Assembly (NCBI GenBank): GCA_964534375.1
Contig: CAZHPN010000072.1
Span: forward strand, 1 to 26,835
Length of the DNA stretch: 26,835 nucleotides
Origin: an uncultured bacterium
GTDB lineage: Bacteria; Lernaellota; Lernaellaia; Lernaellales; Lernaellaceae
Direction: 5' to 3'
In this document: in pieces, positions 16,940-25,592 of the stretch
Position numbering within the stretch: the first letter of the stretch is position 1
Layout of the letters: every line of letters starts with the position of its first letter
Made by a program: the position numbers and the translations under genes
Notes under the pieces: model-generated
The model's input: only the letters and a program-made list of their open reading frames with translations
Told to the model about the DNA's origin: nothing
The model's database searches: none

Positions 16940-17600
16940 CGCCGCGTTTCCGGCGCAGGCGGTCTTTGATCCAGTCGACAAACAGCGGGACGCCTGCGCC
17001 CGTGCGGGCCGAAAGGCGCAGGATTTCGATCCGCGGATTGACCGCGCGGATGTTGCGCTCCATCAAATCCACGTCGGCGCCGAGCGCGATGGTCGCGTCG
17101 ATTTTATTGACGACCGCGAGCGTCGCTTCCTGGAACAGCAGCGGATACTTGAGCGGCTTGTCTTCGCCTTCGGCGACCGAGAGCACGGCAATTTTCGCGT
17201 CTTCGCCGAGGTCTTCCTCGGCCGGGCAGACGAGATTGCCGACGTTCTCGATGACCACCAGGTCGAGGCGGTCGAGCGGCAGGTTGTCGAACGCCTTGCG
17301 CGCCGAGGGCTGCGCGATGTGGCAACTGGTGACGCCGGTGCAGATCGCCTCGACCGCGATGCCCAGCTTCTCCAGCCGGTCGGCGTCGTTGCGCGTCGCC
17401 GCGTCGGCCTCGATGACGGCCAGGCGCAGATCTTTCGCGAGCAGCGGCAGCGCGCGTTCGAGCAGCGTCGTCTTGCCCGAGCCCGGCGAGCTGATGAGGT
17501 TGACGGCCAAAATGGCGCGGCGCGCGAGATCGGCGCGGATGCCGTCCGCGATTTGCTGATTTTCGCTGCGGGGATCTTTCGCAACAACGATCGTCGTCAT
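16932..17600 (-). CDS. hypB: Hydrogenase nickel incorporation GTPase
   Basis: SSPGSGKTTLL, CH motif (TSCH), ENVGNLVCPA, EGEDKPLKYP, NKID. Confidence 0.95.
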   Translation of the reverse strand: MTTIVVAKDPRSENQQIADGIRADLARRAILAVNLISSPGSGKTTLLERALPLLAKDLRLAVIEADAATRNDADRLEKLGIAVEAICTGVTSCHIAQPSARKAFDNLPLDRLDLVVIENVGNLVCPAEEDLGEDAKIAVLSVAEGEDKPLKYPLLFQEATLAVVNKIDATIALGADVDLMERNIRAVNPRIEILRLSARTGAGVPLFVDWIKDRLRRKRGEQ

Positions 17601-17941
17601 TCTTCCACCTCGATGGCCTGGAGCAGGACCTCCTTGCCTTTGATCATTTCCATCGGCCGGCCGCACTGCGGACAAAACATGATCGGCTCGGGCAGGTCGA
17701 AATCGTGCCGACACGTCGCGCAGCGCGCCACCATGCTTTGCAATTCGACGGCCAATTTCGCGCCGGCGAGCTGCGTGTCCGCCGACTGCATCTCGAAAAA
17801 CATCTCCATGGCGTCGGGCACCAGCCCCTGGCAGACGCCGACGAGCACACGCACTTCCTTCACTTTGCCGGTCGCGCCGTTCGTGCGCAACGCTGCCAGC
17901 GAGGCGTCGACGATGGCTTGGACGATGGCTCCCTCGTGCAT
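17597..17941 (-). CDS. hypA: Hydrogenase maturation nickel metallochaperone
   Basis: N-terminal MHE, two CxxC (CATC, CPQC), GKEV end. Confidence 0.93.
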   Translation of the reverse strand: MHEGAIVQAIVDASLAALRTNGATGKVKEVRVLVGVCQGLVPDAMEMFFEMQSADTQLAGAKLAVELQSMVARCATCRHDFDLPEPIMFCPQCGRPMEMIKGKEVLLQAIEVEE

Positions 17942-18954
17942 CAACAAATCCTTGGCAGCCCGGCCTCGATCGGCATTTCGATGACGCGGCGGGCGCCGAT
18001 CGCCGTCTCCATCACCACACGGCCGCGGCGCGGCGCTTTCTCGACGCGGCCGATGATCGCGGCCTCGCGGCCGTAAATGTGTTTCTGCATCGCAGCCAGC
18101 GCCGCCGCCGCCGCGTCCGGCGCGACGAACAGCAGCGCTTTGCCCTCGTTCGCCAGCGGCAGCGGATCGAGGCCAAGCACCTCGATGAACGACGCGACCG
18201 CCGCGCGAATCGGCAGTTTCTCTTCGACGAGCACGATCTGCAGGCCGGTGTCCTGCGCAAACTCGTTGAGCGTCGCGGCGAGGCCGCCGCGCGTTGGATC
18301 CCGCAACGCGTGCAGCGCGCCGCCGACTGCCGCCGCCACCTCGGCGACCAATTCGTGCAGCGGCGCGCAATCGCTGGCCAGCGTGCCGTCGAAGCCGAGT
18401 TTTTCGCGCGCGTTCAAGATCGCCGCGCCGTGATCGCCGATCGTGCCGCTGACGAGCAACACATCGCCCTCGCGGATCAATTCCGGCCCGACCGGCCCGA
18501 AGGCGCGCGTGCCGAAGCCCGTGGTGTTGAGGAACAGGCCGTCGACCGTGCCCTTCTCGACGACCTTCGTGTCGCCGGTCACGATCCGCACGCCGGTTTC
18601 GCGGCAGACGCGGCCGATCGACGCCATGATCGTGCGCAGTTCGTCGAACGCGAAACCTTCTTCGATGATCAGCCCGAGCGACATGTATTGCGGGCAGGCG
18701 CCCATCATCGCCACGTCGTTGATCGTGCCGACCACCGCCAGCTTGCCGATGTCGCCGCCCGGGAAAAACCGCGGCGTGATCGTGAAGCTGTCCGTCGAAA
18801 CCACCACCGGCGGCAGCAAATCCGGCAGCACCGCGGCGTCGAGCGTCACCGCATGGCCGTCTTTGCCCGACAGCGCCGGCAGAATGATCTGGTCCAACAG
18901 GTCTTGCGTCAGGCGCCCGCCGAAGCCGTGCGCCAGGCGAATCAACTCACTCAT
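17941..18954 (-). CDS. hypE: Hydrogenase maturation carbamoyl dehydratase
   Basis: LAHGFGG, FFPGGDIGKLAV, TGDTKVV, RDPTRGG, C-terminal PRIC. Confidence 0.96.
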   Translation of the reverse strand: MSELIRLAHGFGGRLTQDLLDQIILPALSGKDGHAVTLDAAVLPDLLPPVVVSTDSFTITPRFFPGGDIGKLAVVGTINDVAMMGACPQYMSLGLIIEEGFAFDELRTIMASIGRVCRETGVRIVTGDTKVVEKGTVDGLFLNTTGFGTRAFGPVGPELIREGDVLLVSGTIGDHGAAILNAREKLGFDGTLASDCAPLHELVAEVAAAVGGALHALRDPTRGGLAATLNEFAQDTGLQIVLVEEKLPIRAAVASFIEVLGLDPLPLANEGKALLFVAPDAAAAALAAMQKHIYGREAAIIGRVEKAPRRGRVVMETAIGARRVIEMPIEAGLPRIC

Positions 18955-20044
18955 TATCGACCTCCGGGTACAAAAAATGCGCGCGGCACGCGCCCTCGCC
19001 GCCCACCATGCACGGCCCCTTCGGCCGCTCCGGCGTGCAGGCCTTCGCGAACAAGCCGCATTCCTCGGGGCGTTTGCGGCCGAGCATGATCAAGTGGCAT
19101 TGGCAGCCGGGCATGACGTCTTCCACGCCGGTCGCCTCGGGCACGCCGAACACCGCGGTCGCGTCGAACCGGCGATACGGCTCGCGCAGCAGCAGTGCGG
19201 TGTCCGGCAGCACGCCGATGCCGCGCCAGGCGCCGTCGGCGAGTTCGAAAACCTCAAAGAGAATTTCCTGCGCGCGTTTGTTGCCCTCCGGCCGCACGAC
19301 GCGGCGGTAGCAGTTGGCCACCGCAGGTTCGCCGCGTTGGCGCTGCCGCGCGATCGAGAGCAGCCCGGCAAGAATTTCTTCCGGTTCGAAACCGGCGACC
19401 GCCGCCGGCTGGCGGTATTTCTGCGCGAGAAAATCGTACGCGACCTGGCCCGTGATCACGCACGCGTGGCCGGGCAGCAGATAGCCGCCGATCTGGCCGT
19501 CGTCGAGTTTCGCCAGCGCCTCGACCGCGGTCGGCACGTAACGGTGGCAGGGATAAATCGAGAAATTTTCCGGCAGGTCTTCCCGCAGCATCGCGGCCAC
19601 CGGCGCCGCCGTCGTCTCGAAGCCGATGCTGAAAAAAACGACGCGGCGTTCCGGCTCGCGCCGGGCGAGCGCGGCCGGCTCGTGCAGATCGTAAATCACG
19701 CGGATGTCGGCGCCCTCGCCGCGCGCGTCGAGCAATGAGCCCGCGGCGGTCGGCGTCCGCGCGATGTCGCCGTACGCACAGACGATCGGCCGGCTCGCGT
19801 GCCTGGCGAGCGCGATGGCCGTGACGATCGCCGCGGCCGGCGTGATGCAGACCGGGCAGCCCGGCCCGGCGACGAGGCGCACGTTTGCCGGCAGCAGTTG
19901 CCGCAGCGCCCAGCGCCCGATCTCGTGCTCGTGCGTGCCGCAGACGTGCATGACCGTCAGCGGCGGCTGCCCGTCGGCCTCGCGGCGCAGGGCGGCGGCG
20001 AGATCGCGGACCGTTTGCTTGCGGTGAGAACTAGTGTCGGTCAT
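18947..20044 (-). CDS. hypD: Hydrogenase formation protein
   Basis: CGTH, GPGCPVC, GFETT, PGH, C-terminal Cys cluster ending PCMVGGEGAC. Confidence 0.96.
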   Translation of the reverse strand: MTDTSSHRKQTVRDLAAALRREADGQPPLTVMHVCGTHEHEIGRWALRQLLPANVRLVAGPGCPVCITPAAAIVTAIALARHASRPIVCAYGDIARTPTAAGSLLDARGEGADIRVIYDLHEPAALARREPERRVVFFSIGFETTAAPVAAMLREDLPENFSIYPCHRYVPTAVEALAKLDDGQIGGYLLPGHACVITGQVAYDFLAQKYRQPAAVAGFEPEEILAGLLSIARQRQRGEPAVANCYRRVVRPEGNKRAQEILFEVFELADGAWRGIGVLPDTALLLREPYRRFDATAVFGVPEATGVEDVMPGCQCHLIMLGRKRPEECGLFAKACTPERPKGPCMVGGEGACRAHFLYPEVDNE

Positions 20045-20294
20045 GCGGGTCGTCGGCCGGGGCGACGAGATCGTTGAGTCGCGCGAAATCGTCGAAAGCG
20101 TCGAGAATCGTCTGCGCCTCGGCGTCGGCAAGCACCTCGATCGCCGCGCCGGCATGCACCAGCACGAAATCGCCGACCTTCGCCTCCGGGGTCAAGATCA
20201 GGCCGACCGTCAGCGTCGCGCCGCCCGCGTCCACGACGCCCGACAGGCCGTCTGGCGCGAGCGAAAGCAATTTGAATGGTCTGGCCAAACACAT
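20031..20294 (-). CDS. hypC: Hydrogenase assembly chaperone
   Basis: MCLARP N-terminus, VGDFVLVHAG; GGAGG RBS. Confidence 0.94.
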   Translation of the reverse strand: MCLARPFKLLSLAPDGLSGVVDAGGATLTVGLILTPEAKVGDFVLVHAGAAIEVLADAEAQTILDAFDDFARLNDLVAPADDPHDRH

Positions 20295-20340
20295 GACGTC
20301 CTCCAGGGGGAATCGGGCGCGGCCCGGCGAAAGCCACCGG

Positions 20341-20364
20341 GTCGAGCGACAAGCAGCGCCCTAC
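20341..20364 (-). repeat. Single degenerate GTAG REP-like copy just after the hypF stop
   Basis: Minus strand GTAGGGCGCTGCTTGTCGCTCGAC resembles GTAGGGGCGCTGCTTGCTGCGCCC at 4398. Confidence 0.55.
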
Positions 20365-20365
20365 A

Positions 20366-21589
20366 TTACCGGGCGACTTCGGCGAGGACAAGGCCGATCT
20401 GGCCCAACGCGATGGCCTGATCGCCCGGCGGCAGCTTCTGCGGTTTGCGATATTCGAGGCCGGCGTCGGCCAGCGCCGCGGCGAGCAGCCGGTCGAAGAG
20501 CCGGTTGAGGAACACGCCGCCCGACGCCAACACGACCCGCGCGCCGGTTTCGCCGGCGAGCCGCGCCGCCGCCGCCGCGACCGCCGCCGCCGCCGCGTGG
20601 TGAAACGCGTACGCCAGCCGCGGGGCGTCCGTCGGAGCGCGCCGCGCCGTCGCCGGCAAAGCGGGGAAGTCGATCACGTGCGGCTTGGTCTCGGAGACGG
20701 CGAACGGCCAATCACCGGGCTGCACGTCGTAGGCGTTGGCCTCTGCCAATTTCTGCAATTCGATCGCGCCCTGCGCCTCGAAATCGACGACGACGCGCAC
20801 GCCCAGCAGCGCCGAAACCGCGTCGAACCACCGGCCCAGCGCCGTCGAACGGCCGATCGCGACGTTCTTATTCAGCCCGGCGCGGAATAATTCGAAACCT
20901 CCCCCTTTGGAAGAGGCCAAATCGAAATCTCTCCCTTTGTGAGAGGTCGCCTCGCCCTGCGAGGCGGGTAAGGGCTCCCTCACCCCAACCCTCGCCCCAA
21001 GGGAGAGGGAGTTGACCAGCGGAACCCGGCGCGAGGCGAGCCACTGCCCGGCCTCGGCCTCCGAAACGCCCCGTTCCAGCAGCAAGGCAAGCGCAATGCG
21101 CCACGGCGCGCGCACCGCCGCATCGCCGCCCGGCAGGGGCACGGGCGCGAAATGCGCGGCCCGCGCGAAGCCCTGCGCCAGCGAGCCGGTGAACATCTCG
21201 CCGCCCCAGGCGACGCCGTCGTCGCCGTAACCGGTGCCGTCGAAGGCGAGCCCGATGACTTGTTCTTCGTACAGACCGAATTCGAGGCACGCTGCCGCAA
21301 CGTGCGCGCGATGATGCTGCACCTGAAACAACTTGCAGCCGCGTTCGGCCGCGACGCGTTCGGCGAGCGCCGTCGAGAAATAGCCCGGATGCCGATCGCA
21401 GACGATTGCCGTCGGCGCGATTTTCTCCAGCGCAGTTTCCAGCGCGTCCTGTTTTTCCGGCGAAGCGAGATCGCCGATCTCGTCGAGCACGTCGGCTTCG
21501 GCGCCGATGGCGACCGCCGGGCGGCATTTCAAATCGCCGCCCAGGGCGGCGAGGGAAAACGGCAGGGAATGAGGCAATTGAATTTTCAT
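20366..21589 (-). CDS. hypF: Short HypF carbamoyltransferase (Kae1-like C-terminal part only) with an internal repeat-derived insertion
   Basis: CDRHPGY, VQHHRAH, FDGTGYG, WGGE, GRWFDAV, SGGVFLN, PPGDQAIALGQ; no acylphosphatase, Zn-finger or YrdC region; GAGGA RBS upstream. Confidence 0.88.
   Translation of the reverse strand: MKIQLPHSLPFSLAALGGDLKCRPAVAIGAEADVLDEIGDLASPEKQDALETALEKIAPTAIVCDRHPGYFSTALAERVAAERGCKLFQVQHHRAHVAAACLEFGLYEEQVIGLAFDGTGYGDDGVAWGGEMFTGSLAQGFARAAHFAPVPLPGGDAAVRAPWRIALALLLERGVSEAEAGQWLASRRVPLVNSLSLGARVGVREPLPASQGEATSHKGRDFDLASSKGGGFELFRAGLNKNVAIGRSTALGRWFDAVSALLGVRVVVDFEAQGAIELQKLAEANAYDVQPGDWPFAVSETKPHVIDFPALPATARRAPTDAPRLAYAFHHAAAAAVAAAAARLAGETGARVVLASGGVFLNRLFDRLLAAALADAGLEYRKPQKLPPGDQAIALGQIGLVLAEVAR
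20892..21011. repeat. Palindromic repeat remnants inside hypF
   Basis: 30-bp-period duplication TCGAAACCTCCCCCTTTGGAAGAGG / TCGAAATCTCTCCCTTTGTGAGAGG (20892-20946) plus CCCTCACCCCAACCCTCGCCCCAAGGGAGAGGGAG (20977-21011). Confidence 0.7.
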
Positions 21590-21710
21590 GCAGCGACAAA
21601 TCCTCGGTGAACGGCGTCCCGGCCCCAAGTTGAGAAAGGCTTTTTACGGCAAAAAGGGACGGGAGTCCAGGCGAAAAAACAATCGCGTGGACGGCGCCAC
21701 GTCGTCGAAA

Positions 21711-21834
21711 CCATAGCGCCAACGGCGCGAACTAACCCAGCGAGGGTCGAAGGCCCTCGAATCCGGCCCTCGAATCCGGCCCTCGAATCCGGCCGACGAT
21801 CTCGTCGGCCGTAATCCACAGCGCCAACGGTGCG
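21711..21834. repeat. Composite intergenic repeat: 19-bp direct repeats enclosing a 13-bp x3 tandem repeat and hairpins
   Basis: CCATAGCGCCAACGGCGCG (21711-21729) and CCACAGCGCCAACGGTGCG (21816-21834); GGCCCTCGAATCC x3 (21752-21790); GGCCGACGA-TC-TCGTCGGCC (21791-21810). Confidence 0.8.
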
Positions 21835-21840
21835 TTTCGC

Positions 21841-22428
21841 TTACCTGACGCAACGCACGTTGGTCGCGTCCACGACGTAGCCTCCGTAGACGGAACCGTA
21901 GCTGAAATCTACTCCCCAAACCAAGTCGGCGGAGCCCGTGACCGCGGAGGACGACCAATACAAGTCGGGGCATCGGCCGCCAATCTGCGGCCAAAAGCAT
22001 CCGAATGGTCCTGGGCCGCCAGCGGGGCAATTGTCCGCGCTGCAAGCGTCGTTTTCGCAAGATTGATTCAAACACTGATCCGTGACGCCGCATGATCCGC
22101 CGGTGGCTGTGTCGGGACAGCCGCGAATGAGACTGCGAAGCGCGTCGATGTCCGGCAAGCGCCAGTCGTGAAAGCCAGCCAACGTCAAGCCGGCGCAATA
22201 GTTTTTGGCATCCGGGGGGTAATACGCCGTCGCCGGAGCATCCGCCTGCCACATGTGGCCGGTGCTCGGATCGGTCCAAACGGCAGCGTCATCGTCGTCA
22301 TCGGGCGAAACAACATCGTTGTCGTCGTCGGCCACAGATCGCTGGGCAGGCGGCACAGTACCGCTGCCGGCGCAAGCGGCCACTGCAAGCAGCGCCAGAA
22401 GCAAAAATAGACAATTTCGAGGTTTCAT
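21841..22428 (-). CDS. DUF1566 (Lcl C-terminal, C-type-lectin-like fold) domain lipoprotein
   Basis: Lipobox VAAC, DDDND linker, WTDPSTGHMWQ, YCAGLTLAGFHDWRLP, YWSSS, terminal VRCVR. Confidence 0.88.
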   Translation of the reverse strand: MKPRNCLFLLLALLAVAACAGSGTVPPAQRSVADDDNDVVSPDDDDDAAVWTDPSTGHMWQADAPATAYYPPDAKNYCAGLTLAGFHDWRLPDIDALRSLIRGCPDTATGGSCGVTDQCLNQSCENDACSADNCPAGGPGPFGCFWPQIGGRCPDLYWSSSAVTGSADLVWGVDFSYGSVYGGYVVDATNVRCVR

Positions 22429-22484
22429 TGGTCAGCCCCACGATTCGTAACCGGATTGGTCGTTGACAATCGCTTGCTGAAGTT

Positions 22485-22513
22485 ATTGTAGCCGCGTGAA
22501 GTTGGCGCCGCAA
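22485..22513 (-). promoter_or_regulatory. Putative sigma70 promoter of the DUF1566 gene
   Basis: Minus strand TTGCGG-N17-TACAAT, 56 nt upstream of ATG 22428. Confidence 0.5.
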
Positions 22514-22684
22514 GACGACTCCAAACGGTACGATGCGCCGTTTATCATCCATAGCGCCGACTGCGCGGCACGTGCGGGGCGACAGAAGAAAACCGCCGGC
22601 GCCGGGCGCGAAAAATCCGCGCACGTTCGGGCCGCCTTTGCGCCCTCTGCGGATTCCCCTGCGGCCGCTGCGTTTGATGAGGGC

Positions 22685-23065
22685 TTAGTTCTTCTTCAGC
22701 TTCAGCTTCAGCGTCGTGAGCAGCGTATTCGGGTCGATCGGCTTTTGGAAGATGCCGGCGAGGCCCAACTCGACCCAATTGACGTTTTGCGCCAGCGAAT
22801 CGCCGATCGAACTGAGCATATAGACCGGGATGTCGGCGCGTTCGAGCCGCAAGGCGCGCACGAAATTCCGGCCGGCGTCGATCTCTTCCATCATCATGTC
22901 GACGATGGCCAGATCGGGATGCGCTTCCTTAAATTTCTTCAAGCCGAGTTCGGCCGTCGGCGCTTCTTCGACAAAATAGCCGCCGTTTTCCAGGATCGTC
23001 CGCAACACCATCAGAACGTCCGGGTCGTCATCGACGCAAAGAATCACGAATTTGCCGTCTTTCAT
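22685..23065 (-). CDS. Single-domain response regulator (receiver only)
   Basis: ILCVDDD, PDLAIVDMMM (phosphoacceptor Asp), MLSS, QKP. Confidence 0.92.
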   Translation of the reverse strand: MKDGKFVILCVDDDPDVLMVLRTILENGGYFVEEAPTAELGLKKFKEAHPDLAIVDMMMEEIDAGRNFVRALRLERADIPVYMLSSIGDSLAQNVNWVELGLAGIFQKPIDPNTLLTTLKLKLKKN

Positions 23066-23091
23066 CGCTGCACCTGTGCCAGATTGATGAT

Positions 23092-23580
23092 TTACTTTCC
23101 GGCGACGTCTCCCGGCGCCGGGCCGAACGACCCTGCGCGCAACGCCGCGGCCAACCACTTTTCGGCCGCGGCCAGATTCGCCGCCGCTTTTTCCGTCAAC
23201 GTTTCAACGAACATCTCGAACGAATAACCGCGAATCGCCAGCAGATACCCGGCGACATTCGACCCGAACGCGTCGTGCGCCAGACTGAGCACCGCCGCCG
23301 GCGCGACGCTGTGCGACGAAAAGCTCTGCGGGCTTTCCGGCGCCAGCGCGCGAAATGCGAACGGCTCCGGTCCGGTCGTCGCCGCATCCGCGAAGATCAC
23401 GGTGCGATGCCGCGCCGCCGTCTCCGCGTCTTCCACTCCGAGCTGATACCCCGAATCGACGGTCACGCCGTCCAGGTTCAGCTTCTCGATCGCCGCCGCC
23501 AGCGCCGGGCCGAGCCCGTCGTCCTGCCGCGCCGGATTGCCGTAGCCGATCAGCAGCAGCGGGACCAAGCCGCCGATCAA
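23092..23580 (-). CDS. hoxW: Hydrogenase maturation protease
   Basis: LIGYGNPARQDDGLG, IFADA, SSH; TTG start overlaps the hoxH stop. Confidence 0.88.
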   Translation of the reverse strand: MIGGLVPLLLIGYGNPARQDDGLGPALAAAIEKLNLDGVTVDSGYQLGVEDAETAARHRTVIFADAATTGPEPFAFRALAPESPQSFSSHSVAPAAVLSLAHDAFGSNVAGYLLAIRGYSFEMFVETLTEKAAANLAAAEKWLAAALRAGSFGPAPGDVAGK

Positions 23581-25016
23581 CCCCGCGCCATCCGGTCGAC
23601 GAGATGGCCTTCCTCGTCAATCAGTTCGACTTCCAACGGCATGTGCCCCACCGCGTGCGTCGCGCACGACAAACACGGATCGTAGGCGCGAATCGCGACC
23701 TCGATGCGGTTGAGCAGGCCCTCGGTGAGCTTCTTGCCGTCGAGATGATCCATCGCCACGCGATGCACGGCGCGGTTCATCGGCTCGTTGTTGTGCGTCG
23801 TCGAGACAATCAGGTTGGCCTGAACCACCTGGTCGTCTTTGTTGACGCGATACGCGTGGATCAACGTGCCGCGCGGGGCCTCGATGATGCCGACGCCGTA
23901 CTCGCGGCGCTTGCCGGTCACCACCAGGTCGTTGCCCTGCAGGTCTTTGTCGTTCAGCAGCTCCTTGATCTTTTCGATCGAGTGCAGCAGCTCGATGATG
24001 CGCGACCAGTGATACGCCATCGTCAGGTTCACCGTCTTGCCGAGCGTCTTCACGTATTCCTTGCGCTCGGCTTCGGCTTCGGGCGTATCGATGAAATCGC
24101 ACGTGTTCAGGCGCGCCAGCGGGCCGACGCGATACCAGCCCTTTTCGGGGCCGAGCGTCTTGATGAACGGGAACTTCATATACGACCAGTTCCGCACTTC
24201 CTCGGCGAGATACTGCACGTACTGCTGGTTGTCGACGTGGTCGAAAATCTTCTCGCCCTTGTCGGTGACCGCGCGCAAGCCGCCGTCGTAAAGATCGAGC
24301 GCGCCGTCCTTGCGGACGATCGACATGTGGTTCGAATCGAACGCGCCGAACGGCCCGAGCGTGTCGACATTCTTCAGCGTGATGTCTTTGACGATCGCCA
24401 TCGCGCCGCGCGACCAGGTGATCATCTGGTCGAGGTCTTTGAGCAGGAAATCGCGCTCGGCGAGGCTCAGGTTTTTGTTGATGCCGCCGGGGACCGCGCC
24501 CGTGCCGTGAATCTTCTTTCCGGCCGTGCGCAGGATGATCTCCTGGCCGTACTTGCGCATCAACACCGCCTGCGTCGCCAACTCCGGATACTTGAAGATC
24601 ACGCCGATGACGTTGCGGATCTTCGGGTCGGCGTCGAAGCCGAACAGCAAATCCGGCGACGCGAGGTGGAAGAAGTGCAGCGCGTGCGACTGGAACATCT
24701 GGCCGTAGTGCATCAGCCGCCGCATCTTTTCCGCCGTCGGCGTCAGCTTGTCCGCGCCGACGATCACGTCGGACGCCTTGGCCGCCGCGAGGTGGTGGCT
24801 GACCGGGCAAATGCCGCACAGACGCTGCACCAGCACGGGCATTTCCCAATACGGCCGGCCTTGGACGAAGCGTTCGAAGCCGCGGAATTCCACGACATGG
24901 AAACGCGTCCGCTTGATCCGCCCGTCGTCGTCGATGAGCAGCGTGACCTTGCCGTGCCCCTCGACGCGGGTGATGGGTTCGATGACAACGCGATTCAAAC
25001 CGTTTGCAGTCTCCAT
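23577..25016 (-). CDS. hoxH: NAD-reducing [NiFe]-hydrogenase large subunit (group 3d)
   Basis: EPITRVEGHGK, L1 RLCGICPVSH, EAPRGTLIH, L2 DPCLSCATH plus cleavable C-terminal extension. Confidence 0.96.
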   Translation of the reverse strand: METANGLNRVVIEPITRVEGHGKVTLLIDDDGRIKRTRFHVVEFRGFERFVQGRPYWEMPVLVQRLCGICPVSHHLAAAKASDVIVGADKLTPTAEKMRRLMHYGQMFQSHALHFFHLASPDLLFGFDADPKIRNVIGVIFKYPELATQAVLMRKYGQEIILRTAGKKIHGTGAVPGGINKNLSLAERDFLLKDLDQMITWSRGAMAIVKDITLKNVDTLGPFGAFDSNHMSIVRKDGALDLYDGGLRAVTDKGEKIFDHVDNQQYVQYLAEEVRNWSYMKFPFIKTLGPEKGWYRVGPLARLNTCDFIDTPEAEAERKEYVKTLGKTVNLTMAYHWSRIIELLHSIEKIKELLNDKDLQGNDLVVTGKRREYGVGIIEAPRGTLIHAYRVNKDDQVVQANLIVSTTHNNEPMNRAVHRVAMDHLDGKKLTEGLLNRIEVAIRAYDPCLSCATHAVGHMPLEVELIDEEGHLVDRMARG

Positions 25017-25034
25017 TGGCGCTCCCTCGAAGGC

Positions 25035-25580
25035 TCAGTCGTATTTCAGCTCGCCGTAAGGCAGGGCGAGCGGTTTGCCGGTCAACAACGCGACCAACGC
25101 GTCCCAGATGGCGTCCGCCGGCGGCGGGCAACCCGGGATGAAGTAGTCGACCTTCACGACTTCGTTTAACGGATACACCTTGTTCAACAACAAGGGGATT
25201 TCCGGATCGTTCGGCACGTGGCCGGATACGTTGTACACCGTCGGCCCCAGCAGGTACGCCTCGTCGAGGCATTCCTTCAACGGGACGGTGTTGCGCATCG
25301 CCGGCAGGCCGCCCATGATCGCGCACTCGCCCACGGAAATCAGGATATCGCAATGCTTGCGGAAATCCTGCGCCACGTGGACGTTTTCCTCGTTGCAGCA
25401 GCCGCCCTCGATCAGCCCGACCAGGCAGCGTCCCGTGAATTTCTTGATGTCGTCGACCGGCGATTTGTCGAATTCCACCAATTCGACGAGCTTCAGGATG
25501 CGCTCGTCGATATCGAGAATCGACATGTGGCAGCCGAAGCAACCGGCCAACGAAGCTGTTGCGACTTTTGGTTTATCCAT
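25035..25580 (-). CDS. hoxY: NAD-reducing hydrogenase small subunit
   Basis: LAGCFGCHMS, GECA, IPGCPP; single Fe-S cluster size (181 aa). Confidence 0.95.
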   Translation of the reverse strand: MDKPKVATASLAGCFGCHMSILDIDERILKLVELVEFDKSPVDDIKKFTGRCLVGLIEGGCCNEENVHVAQDFRKHCDILISVGECAIMGGLPAMRNTVPLKECLDEAYLLGPTVYNVSGHVPNDPEIPLLLNKVYPLNEVVKVDYFIPGCPPPADAIWDALVALLTGKPLALPYGELKYD

Positions 25581-25592
25581 CGTTCTACCTCA

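Noticed and set aside
21752..21790. CRISPR array, here or at the heptamer and Asp repeats
   Set aside because: Repeats are contiguous with no unique spacers, units are too short, and no cas genes are present
2018..22428. Complete DGR made of the four-helix-bundle (Avd-like) gene plus the DUF1566 target
   Set aside because: No reverse transcriptase or template repeat in the window, the genes are about 19 kb apart, and the protein matches the IVS-protein family rather than Avd proper
22463..22489. Plus-strand promoter TTGACA...TATTGT and ORF 22496..23227
   Set aside because: Spacer is only 15 nt and the ORF is mostly antisense to the response regulator; an antisense RNA cannot be supported from sequence alone
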